Virus record (IMG/VR): IMGVR_UViG_3300021425_000025
Location: 6,762 to 70,761 of that record
Length of the DNA: 64,000 bases
Reading direction: 5' to 3' (one strand)
DNA from: a virus
In this document: piece after piece, positions 41,801 to 48,820 of the stretch
Layout of the letters: the number at the start of each line of letters is the position of its first letter
How positions within the stretch are numbered: the first letter of the stretch is position 1
Translations under genes and position numbers: made by a program
The notes under the pieces: model-generated
Seen by the model: only the letters and a program-made list of their open reading frames with translations
Database searches by the model: none
Told to the model about the DNA's origin: nothing

Positions 41801-44800
41801 TATAAATGTTCTGTTAGCAACTAATTGTGCTGCTGCATTTAAGTAGCCTGCATCGCTTGCATTTCCTGAGCCGCCAGTTGGTGTTGGATAAGAATATGCA
41901 TCTGCTGCCGAGTCTCCATTCTGAATAACATCAATAATCTCGTCCCACAATGCATCTGATCTACTAATCAATGTTGCATCACTTAGCTCTGCTGCTGTTA
42001 GTGTTTTAGCTTGACCAAACGCTGCAATAGTTTGCGGCTTTTGACTTTCTTGAACAACACTAGCATCACCTTGTAAGTAACGTTTTGCACTTGCAATAGA
42101 TCTATAATTACTGTTGAATATAGCATCTAAACGTACAGCGTCAACTAGATATTCAGTATCTCTTTCACACTTAACAGAATCATATTCAAATCCTAACCAA
42201 ATGTTACCTTTATCAGTTACACCGGTGCTAATTAGATCAATTACAATATCCCAAAGAAGTGCAACTTCTGCTTGTTCTATTGTATCAGTATAGTCTAATG
42301 ATAGATTTTTAGCATATCCAAATGCTGCTATAGTTTCGTCTTTTTGATCTGCATTTACAACACTTGCTGTGCCTCTTGCATACGATCTTCCTGCAACTGT
42401 TGATGCAAAATATGATCCTGTAATTAAGTCATAACAAACTGCGTCAATAATTAAACCAATATCACGCTCACAAGTTGCAACATTATAGATAAATCCTGAG
42501 AATGTACCTTTAATAAATCTTGTTGTTGCTGTTTGAATTACCTCTTTGGCATCTTGTAATGCATTATAAGTAGAAATCTTTGTACTTACACCTACTAAAT
42601 CTGGTTCAACTTTTGCTGGTCTAGTTAAAACTAGTAGTAATTCGTCAAACCTTTCTCTAACAGTTGCTTGTGCAGATGTTGTTGTAAGATTTCCGTAAAC
42701 TTTCTGGAATGGTGCAACATTAGTATAAGATGGAACAAATTGAACGTTGTTTAAGATTCCTTCTACACATAAGTCACGAGTAAATTCAATAGCTTTAAGT
42801 GTTTGGAATAACTGTTGCTTCATTACCTTTGCAATGGTAAGATAGCTTAAACCGCCTTCAACAGATTTTTGGTTACCACCTAGTACAATATCGTATGCTA
42901 CTGCATCAACAATTAGACCAACATCTCTCTTACATGTGTCTCTATTGTAGTCAAATGTAATAGTATTTAGATAGAACAATGTTTCAGTAATTATTGCTGA
43001 TTCGTTGCTAGTTAAGTCGCTTGATGCATCTTGTAGATCTTGTACTGCCCAAGTTATAGCAGGATCAACTGCTGCTGGAAGATTAGTTAAATCGCCGTCG
43101 CTAATTGTATCTTCGATAACTTGTACTAGTGTTTGTACTGCTGCGGCAGTTGTTGCATCTGCACCATTATATGTTACAGTATCTTGAACTTCAGTATTTC
43201 CTGTAGATGCTGATACTGCGATACCTTGTACTACTTGTCCAATTACAGATTGTAGTCTGTTGTATGCTGCTTGTGTTGCTGTAACTTCTGTGCCTGAAAG
43301 AAGATTTTCGCCAAAGAAGTATGCACCAGCTGCATATCTTGTTGCTGTATTGCCGCCGTATAAAATGTCATAACTTAGTGCATCAATAACACGACCTGCA
43401 TGTTCTCTTGTGATGCGGGGCTTATATCTTAGAGTTGAATAGTTAACACCTAACCATGCAATCATTTCTTCTACTAAGAACGCTCTGTTAACTTGGATTT
43501 GATCTTTTGCATATTCTAAGTTAGCATCTGCACCTGTTGGTGTTGTAAATGTTAGTGCTGATGCTGCCGAATCTCCATTTTGAAGTATATCAATGATTTC
43601 ATCAAATGTAGCAGTTACACTATTAGTTGCTGCTACAAAGTCTGCAACGTTCGTAAGTGCAAGTGCTCTTGTTTTTAAGTCGCCTATTGCAAGAATAAAC
43701 TCACGTAATTGATCAACATATTTTACAGGATCACTTACAATATTGTATCCTTTTGCTACTGCTATAGCATTATAGTTAGTACCAAGAGCAACATCTAATG
43801 CTGCTGCTTCAACAAAATTACCAAACTTATTAGTAAAGTCTGTTGTGTCATATTCGTAGCCTGTAAAATTATTTTCAATATATTCAATAACAGACTGTTG
43901 AATATTAGCAGTATCATTTACTAATGCTGTTGCTGCTGTTTGAATTGTACCAGCAACCCATGTAATGTCAGGATCAATAACGTTTGGTAACGCCGATGTA
44001 CCTTGATCAATTACGTTAATAATAATATCAATAAGATCTTGCATTGCCTCGTATGCTGCAATCAAATCTGGGTCTAGCTCTTCTGGTGGTGCACCAGTTG
44101 GCTCTGTACCAGTTGTTCCGCCTGTCGGTGGAGCTGCTGTTGGTGTGCCGCCACCGCCTGTGCCAGTACCTGGTGTTGTTCCACCGCCTGTGCCAGTACC
44201 AGTTGGTGTGCCTGTTGGTCCTGTTCCTGTTGTTGGATCTGGATTAATTGGCTCACCTTGTTCATTAGTTGGTTCTTGGAAGTCAGTACCTGAAATTGCA
44301 CCTTCAACCCAAACTTTTAATTCTGCATAAAGTAATGATGTTATAACTCTTTGGTTTGGTGGTAATTGGTTTACTGCGTTTTCATAATACATTGATGCAT
44401 TATAATGTGTAGCACTGTTACCGCCATAAACAATATCGTAACATAGCGCATCAAGTACATAACCTACATCTCTACGACATTTTGCACTATCGTATACTAA
44501 ATCTGGATAGTTAAGTGTTAACCAGCTAATTGCTCTGTTCTGGATAAGAATTCTTTTATCTTGAATAATATCTTTTGCTTCAACCTTTTCCGGAACTACT
44601 CCTACAGGTGCTGGATATTGCATTGGACGAGTAGAACCATCTTCTGTTTCACCGTTTTCAATAATATAAATTACTTCGTCCCATGCTTCGTCATTACGGA
44701 ACTGTGCTAGTGCATCTGTGCTAGTAAGTGTCGATGCTAGTCCTTTAGCATGTTTTAAACTTTCTACTGTTTGAATATTTTGATAATTGTTAAGATATTC

Positions 44801-46591
44801 ACTTGTACCTCTAGTATATGCTAGACCGGCTGTAACTTGATTATAGTTGGTACCTAGTAGTATATCCCAGTATGCTGCATCAATAATTAAGCCTGTATCT
44901 CTACGACACTTTTCTTCAGCATATGCACCTGGATATTTTTGATCTAAATAGATCAAAGAGTTTTGTTTAATCGCTGCGGTTTCAGTGCGTATTGTAGTTC
45001 TATCTGTAGCACCAGGATCTTCGTTAACACCTGCTACATAAGAAGGATTTGTAATTGTTACAGGATAATTAACGTTATCTTGGTATGTTCTTTCGTTAAA
45101 TTCAGCTAAAAGTGTATTAAGTGTTGCTGCTTCTGTTGCACTACCGTTAGCTGCGTCAGTAACTTGTGCTACTGATGTTTGACTTGGTGCTGAAATTGTA
45201 TTACTTTGAATAACATCATCAATATATGTTTGAAGATGTGTAATTGACTCTCTAAACTGTGCTTCTGCACCAACAATATTATCATCGCCAGTAATCATCC
45301 AGTCAGCTTTATCTATAGTTGCAGTATTACCGCTATAGTATAAGTCATAGCTCATTGCATCAATCAAGTCTCTATAAAAGTCTCTCCAAACTTCTTGATT
45401 ATATGTTAAACCGTCTTGGAATGGAGAATTACCTGCTGTAATCTCTGCTTCAATCCATGCAATCTGTTCTGCTGCAATAAATTCTTTGTTTCTTCTTAGA
45501 AGATCAACACCTTGTGTAAGTGTAATAATTGATGTTGGATTTGGAGTATAATAGAGTTCAGTCATTACAACTGGATCTAACAATTCTTTCCAAATTATGC
45601 TAACAATATCATCCCATAGCCCACTAATATAGTCAAGGCTTGCAGCATTTAGTGGTGTTACAAGTTCTATTCTAGTTAGAACATAGATAATAAAATCAAT
45701 ATACTTTGCTTTTTGTCCGTCTGTTGGAAGTGCAGAGTATTTTTCGCCTAGTTCTAGCGCAAGTACTGTAGATTTATAGTTTGTTTGGAATACAAGATCA
45801 TCTGTTACTGCATCAATTAGTCTTTCTGCATCATTGCCAAAGTCTGTTTGATCGAATGTTGGAAAGAAGTTAACAAAGTTTGCTTCAATAAATGCAATCG
45901 CTTCTTCTTTAATATATGGCTTGTTGTCACGCAATAACTTCTTAGCGTTGAAGAATTCTCTACCTGGATCAACTTTCGGACGGTAAGATAAATCTGCCGC
46001 AATTTGTGTAGCTCTTGTGATAGACTTAACTGGTTGGCTAGTACCATCGTTTTCGTCATCACCATATTTGTCCGATACATATACTCGGTTGCCGCCAAAT
46101 GCATCTGGTCTGCCCCAGAATGTATTGCCTGCTCCGTCTGTTGATAGTACCGCAGGATCGATTGAATCTTCGGGTGGAAGTTTAATAATATAGCTAAAGT
46201 TAACATCGTCGGGTGCTTGTATACCCACGTACTTGTTATTGTCTGCATCATTAAAGAATAAAGTTTCTGCTGCATTTACAGTAATTGGTCCGTTAAATTC
46301 AGTACCGTCTGCTTCAATAACAACTTTTGGTGCACCGTCAACACTTGCAGTAACACTTGCTTTTGTACTGTCTTGATTGTCAACGATTGTTAATGAAGTA
46401 TCTCCTTGGAAAATACTTGATGATGCAAAATCTGGATCGACTGCTTGTAACGCAACAATTTCACCGTTATCTTTTTTAGTGAAAATCTTACCATCTGCTG
46501 TGTTAATTGCAATTTGACCTGGTTCGATCTGTGAATCCGTAGGTACTCTTCCTGGTACACTACTTCTAATGTGTTTTAATTTGCTAGCCAT
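35879..46591 (-). CDS. Giant fibre-like virion protein (3570 aa) with a phycobiliprotein-like repeat array
   Basis: Fibre-type N-terminus (RSSVPGRVP...GQIAINTADGKIF), a split beta-helix module, 11 helical repeats, three H..F..G..V.Y-type beta repeats, and a fibre-type C-terminus (KNFVINHP...SLESP); late box at 46667-46674. Confidence 0.8.
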   Translation of the reverse strand: MASKLKHIRSSVPGRVPTDSQIEPGQIAINTADGKIFTKKDNGEIVALQAVDPDFASSSIFQGDTSLTIVDNQDSTKASVTASVDGAPKVVIEADGTEFNGPITVNAAETLFFNDADNNKYVGIQAPDDVNFSYIIKLPPEDSIDPAVLSTDGAGNTFWGRPDAFGGNRVYVSDKYGDDENDGTSQPVKSITRATQIAADLSYRPKVDPGREFFNAKKLLRDNKPYIKEEAIAFIEANFVNFFPTFDQTDFGNDAERLIDAVTDDLVFQTNYKSTVLALELGEKYSALPTDGQKAKYIDFIIYVLTRIELVTPLNAASLDYISGLWDDIVSIIWKELLDPVVMTELYYTPNPTSIITLTQGVDLLRRNKEFIAAEQIAWIEAEITAGNSPFQDGLTYNQEVWRDFYRDLIDAMSYDLYYSGNTATIDKADWMITGDDNIVGAEAQFRESITHLQTYIDDVIQSNTISAPSQTSVAQVTDAANGSATEAATLNTLLAEFNERTYQDNVNYPVTITNPSYVAGVNEDPGATDRTTIRTETAAIKQNSLIYLDQKYPGAYAEEKCRRDTGLIIDAAYWDILLGTNYNQVTAGLAYTRGTSEYLNNYQNIQTVESLKHAKGLASTLTSTDALAQFRNDEAWDEVIYIIENGETEDGSTRPMQYPAPVGVVPEKVEAKDIIQDKRILIQNRAISWLTLNYPDLVYDSAKCRRDVGYVLDALCYDIVYGGNSATHYNASMYYENAVNQLPPNQRVITSLLYAELKVWVEGAISGTDFQEPTNEQGEPINPDPTTGTGPTGTPTGTGTGGGTTPGTGTGGGGTPTAAPPTGGTTGTEPTGAPPEELDPDLIAAYEAMQDLIDIIINVIDQGTSALPNVIDPDITWVAGTIQTAATALVNDTANIQQSVIEYIENNFTGYEYDTTDFTNKFGNFVEAAALDVALGTNYNAIAVAKGYNIVSDPVKYVDQLREFILAIGDLKTRALALTNVADFVAATNSVTATFDEIIDILQNGDSAASALTFTTPTGADANLEYAKDQIQVNRAFLVEEMIAWLGVNYSTLRYKPRITREHAGRVIDALSYDILYGGNTATRYAAGAYFFGENLLSGTEVTATQAAYNRLQSVIGQVVQGIAVSASTGNTEVQDTVTYNGADATTAAAVQTLVQVIEDTISDGDLTNLPAAVDPAITWAVQDLQDASSDLTSNESAIITETLFYLNTITFDYNRDTCKRDVGLIVDAVAYDIVLGGNQKSVEGGLSYLTIAKVMKQQLFQTLKAIEFTRDLCVEGILNNVQFVPSYTNVAPFQKVYGNLTTTSAQATVRERFDELLLVLTRPAKVEPDLVGVSTKISTYNALQDAKEVIQTATTRFIKGTFSGFIYNVATCERDIGLIIDAVCYDLITGSYFASTVAGRSYARGTASVVNADQKDETIAAFGYAKNLSLDYTDTIEQAEVALLWDIVIDLISTGVTDKGNIWLGFEYDSVKCERDTEYLVDAVRLDAIFNSNYRSIASAKRYLQGDASVVQESQKPQTIAAFGQAKTLTAAELSDATLISRSDALWDEIIDVIQNGDSAADAYSYPTPTGGSGNASDAGYLNAAAQLVANRTFIQKEITAWIAGQVGAQQPPFAADFSYDVDKCERDVGLIVDALVYDITYGGNLQTYDAAASYFVGAVSQLGSGEKEETVAAYGRLKTVVEEVIIETAVVVSPGNLETQDTAGTAGSAAAGTQAATLVQQIVDTIDNDGTLPVRSEPDISWTSATFQSEYAALGTTGQQTVSSGVTTWIDNNIANAFPSNNYTPIDAATSVTAFQTNKDTYIAAVTSYISTNYPTLTYDVATCERDTGFLIDAICHDVMYNGNVQSYIAADAYYSFGVLQLGSVAEKEATVESYRYLRNLMIADSTGADTETKITSLFDDVFVIINEGDIPDIVEARFDIIPITVSISAGDFYINNPIIVPDFVTIVGDSIRSVVIRPLNSGKDMFRTRNGTYIFGVTFKDALDENNIPTYTFDWAVAFDDPADTSVDRTEYFGIGNTKPIITTSPYIQNCSIISFLGANGALVDGSKIQSPNIPGILEEVETPVSFGDGIPEQGKSMVSNAFTTLSFGGTGWLVINDAYAQIVSCFQIFMLNGSYCQSGGYLSITNSASNFGLYALRASGFSQNAFLFDRGFIVASGFDGGNTFTSIGTGRSPVEQFVIRVRDIDDNTDITADYKQATSEVTFDAATSIDIDTNIITIVDHGFTNNQSVYYNSNGNENILGLFDQGQYYVNVIDTDTFYLYQDNSLSFIVDLQAAGIGTHSFTLNAEEFIVEEIKSEHNNYQILVLTDGQGLNANSFTTGDALLGDTSGFENTAFVYDWDHLTRTLIVSNEGTNVGAEDPITVRFETTSTITQIAGALQAPAITIDTVENTTQYWTATFTIDSTVPDNVIQNPSQAVGNKISFHRPSIVNSSSHTWEYSGSGIDYNALPQNGGDSRGTDFEQYSELPGRVYASGTNELGDFKVGSFIVAENKSGEITFNATVTVSELAVLRLSLTDVEIEEFSTDVGLGDNEIGGAKNERISTQLAVRSFIANRLGNVLDKNVSSNAVPGAVVQLNSAGQINADLLPPARGITTYNVNEWEGRLRLSDRVPPIEVIAGDNASETYDQVIISLNNNITANKGDEITQVGNSGAFGYLQETVIANTVITLADTTGTFNTTGEIEVNGSAQTGIIPSTVNPTQEIVDNYFMKSDTISQYLILEGGITYDFTGITEVIGANAGAQGDITAGPTYGNIASLNYATFNAGSGYTPGTGTQTYKDVPLTGGTGTGAVADITVTTGVVESVQLTASGVNYTAGDTLSAAPSNIGGTGTNFSINVATVQTRLFIDLTGGFLKFSANEGSPDYIQDANATVKTIADLTATTNVIFNGSDIGAGGDVDYLNSEFEITGHGLVSGEAVKYSRNGNPVVGNLVDGTTYFVKVLDVDTFELYANYAFTAGSQILLGGSTSGNHVFIHDTVAIDSNVFNVPAHTFQTGDIIRLSATDAPEGLLDETTYFVGSVTTNTFTLHEGGGDALASTNGVTINPIDVTDTGTGAATFTLQNVAIVGTVNTSSTDILNWGILASSSFDASAIVSGVIDPSRLAPEGTATDQSFLRLLNGNSAWVLAVQNVRPVVDSPISVTGDFFTDPDDGFNKYYAELALDVARADDGSGDTNYTNLGVIGTNKLQFTTTNGQVSIKSGVIDAGFLGGQAGNYYTNPANLSSSVPTNKGGTGLASYTAGDLIYSGATDSLTNLAIGPNNSVLFSDGSVPQWTTSPTFGGALTIGGITAINSTSAATSSTTGALRVAGGLGLGGDMYQTGTLNTETLNVINTDPSNNIAMKVRSSLQFQAVDGIQQITARMDQVVGGLRFDGAAGQLLTITDTLVGTVFSVNNDTKTLLEGNDTNELIAVPSSNSYLLVGQTSNDGVSRLQVTGASVFTGNVTIAGTLNATAKNFVINHPTKPGYKLSYGSLESPYHGVRLTGEATVVNGTAIVELPEYIGALCREEGATVHLTNVKHGQVLWVEEVEVANNRFEVRTDNVDGEFKFFWDFTAVRKDVPPLMTEYKY
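40820..45990 (-). repeat. Protein-level tandem repeat: 11 globin/phycobiliprotein-like units
   Basis: Consensus Lx.N..FI..E...W.....Y....CxRDxGxxxDAxxYDxxxGxN; period mostly 140-160 aa. Confidence 0.8.
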
Positions 46592-46675
46592 TTATTTTCT
46601 TCCTATATAGGTAAAGGGTTGAAACACTTGTCTTCCCTTATTTTTAGCATATATATGCTATATTTTTATTTATCC

Positions 46676-48052
46676 TTAAAAGGTTCCTTCGTCGATTACA
46701 TCGGTCCAAACTGGAACATTATTTTCATCTGTTGTTAAAACTCCGTAACTTGTAGTAGCATTGAAACCTGGATTTGAAACACCGGTATTTCCTAATGCGC
46801 CTGTATCATTACCGTATACAATACTGTTTGCTGGTATAGTTGTTAAACCAGTACCACCATATTGTGGCATAAGTTGATTGCCTAGTTCTAAGTCGCCGTC
46901 TACAATTACAGTTGTTCTAAATGTTGTTTCACCGTTAACATCACCAATAGTAATAGTTGATGCTGCACCAAATGCATTAATAACTGTTGCATTAGTGTTA
47001 ATAATATCTACAGTACCAATTGCAGAAGTAGTTAAAGCATTTTCTATTCTAATATTGTTAGAATAAATGTGATTCCATTGCTTAGTTGTGCTACCTAAAT
47101 CATATGTATTATTAGCATCTGGTACTAAGTTAGAAGTAAAGTCTGCAATAACTTCGACAGTGTCAACATCTTGGTCACCAATCCTTAGATTGCCGCCTAG
47201 TGTAATATCGCCTGTAACATCTAAGTTACCTGTTACATTTGTATTAGCTTCTAAATTAATAGCTCCTGTACCGCTTGTGCGTACATCAAGATCGGAGTTT
47301 GAATTAATAGTTTCAAGTACATTACCGATGATTTGTATATCACCGTTTTCGATTGCTTCTGTACCACCTAAGTCAAAACCACCAAGTGCTGATATTTTAC
47401 CGTCTGCATTAACACTAAGTTGAGTTGTACCAAGATAAATTGTGCTGCCACTTAGATAAAGATCGCGCCATTTATTAACTGCACTACCAAGATCGTATGT
47501 TTCATCAGCGTCAGGGATAAGGTCTACGCCAATTGTGTCACCGTCTTGAAGTCCTAGTGAACCTGTTAAACGTCTCCAGTCTAACGGGGAAACATCTGGA
47601 TCTGCTCCGATATTATCTCTTAGTGCAATGTAAAGTCTATCACTTTGTACTACAAGTTCGTTTGCTTGATATTGGATTCCTGCACCCCAGGTATCTCTCC
47701 AGTTTAAACCTGCAACTAAAATTTCCCAGTTTGCACCGTCATTTTCAAAAGTAGTAGGATCTGCAGTATGTCCTGTATTACAGTAATAAACTGTAACGCC
47801 GTAACGAACAACGTTTCCGACTTTGTAGTAAGTACCACCTACCCATTCAGAGGCCCATTCGAAGCCTCCCGCCATTATTTCCCAACTGCCTAGATCTCGA
47901 TCGGCATAAAAATTTGACTGAGCTGTGTGTCCTGCTTTACATACGTATGATGTACCACCATAGCGTACAACATCATCTCTGAGGTATGCAGTGCCGGTAA
48001 CCCACTCTCCTTTCCATACAAATCGTAATCTACCTAGATTAAATTCTGCCAT
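46676..48052 (-). CDS. Virion fibre protein with CBM5/12-like repeats
   Basis: Three W....Y...xVV...Y.C...H...W repeats, followed by fibre motifs shared with the two large paralogues (NSNSDLDVRTSGTG, PD...TYDLGS...W). Confidence 0.7.
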   Translation of the reverse strand: MAEFNLGRLRFVWKGEWVTGTAYLRDDVVRYGGTSYVCKAGHTAQSNFYADRDLGSWEIMAGGFEWASEWVGGTYYKVGNVVRYGVTVYYCNTGHTADPTTFENDGANWEILVAGLNWRDTWGAGIQYQANELVVQSDRLYIALRDNIGADPDVSPLDWRRLTGSLGLQDGDTIGVDLIPDADETYDLGSAVNKWRDLYLSGSTIYLGTTQLSVNADGKISALGGFDLGGTEAIENGDIQIIGNVLETINSNSDLDVRTSGTGAINLEANTNVTGNLDVTGDITLGGNLRIGDQDVDTVEVIADFTSNLVPDANNTYDLGSTTKQWNHIYSNNIRIENALTTSAIGTVDIINTNATVINAFGAASTITIGDVNGETTFRTTVIVDGDLELGNQLMPQYGGTGLTTIPANSIVYGNDTGALGNTGVSNPGFNATTSYGVLTTDENNVPVWTDVIDEGTF

Positions 48053-48107
48053 TTTTCCTTATCCTTTAATTCAGCACATGCTTTGCATGTATTTATCTTT
48101 TTCTATC

Positions 48108-48470
48108 TTAACCCAACGGATCAATTTTTAATATGAACTCCCCGTCGGCATTAACTTCATAGTCAATGTTTTTAGAGTCCCATCTATACTGCTGATATCT
48201 CATATTTTCAATATCAGGATCGTCTTCTTTGTTCGGTAGTCTTTTATCAAAAAAATCTACTCCAAATTCAAAATTTTCAAAGTCCTTTGTACTATCAGGA
48301 CCTGATTCGTTTATACGAATTTCTGCTGTCTTGTCCAGTACCATATCAATTTTTGTCAAATATAAAAACTGATCTTCATCTATTCTTAGTGCATAAAAAT
48401 ACCTAGAGCCGTTATATTGATCATAGATTATATCTGGACTGTTTCCTAAATAATAATTTCCGCTACTCAT
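48108..48470 (-). CDS. Hypothetical protein
   Basis: ORF with SD GGAG in the fibre operon. Confidence 0.65.
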   Translation of the reverse strand: MSSGNYYLGNSPDIIYDQYNGSRYFYALRIDEDQFLYLTKIDMVLDKTAEIRINESGPDSTKDFENFEFGVDFFDKRLPNKEDDPDIENMRYQQYRWDSKNIDYEVNADGEFILKIDPLG

Positions 48471-48481
48471 TTGTTTTCTCC

Positions 48482-48814
48482 TTATACAATCTCAACAAAG
48501 CTCATTAGTACGTCTACACTGTCATCTACACTAGACACTACCATTAATTCATTACTAGCAGCAACAATTAGTTTTTCACCTCCATTAACTGCTCGTAAAC
48601 TTCCCCCTGGAGGAATCATTACGTCTTTTAGGTAATACCCTGTTGTGCTTGTTTCGTCTGTTAACATTACGCTAACCATTACTGCTTTGTCAGCAAGTAA
48701 ATTTGTAAGGCTGAGTCCAATTACAGTTGCTCTAGAATTGCCTGCTGTCTGAGCAATTTGTACAGGGGTTGTCCCAACCTGTGTTAATACTTTATTTTTA
48801 AATAATGTTGCCAT
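48482..48814 (-). CDS. Small beta-rich putative virion protein
   Basis: IPPGGSL...EKLIV motif, also present in the partial ORF at the right edge of the window. Confidence 0.65.
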   Translation of the reverse strand: MATLFKNKVLTQVGTTPVQIAQTAGNSRATVIGLSLTNLLADKAVMVSVMLTDETSTTGYYLKDVMIPPGGSLRAVNGGEKLIVAASNELMVVSSVDDSVDVLMSFVEIV

Positions 48815-48820
48815 TTTCTT

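Noticed and set aside
44090-44250. GC-richer low-complexity tract as a mobile or foreign element
   Set aside because: It is an in-frame Pro/Thr/Gly linker within the fibre protein.
40820-45990. Concluding that the host is a cyanobacterium from the phycobiliprotein-like repeats
   Set aside because: No photosynthesis genes occur in this window and the repeats are highly diverged; the host cannot be assigned from this segment.
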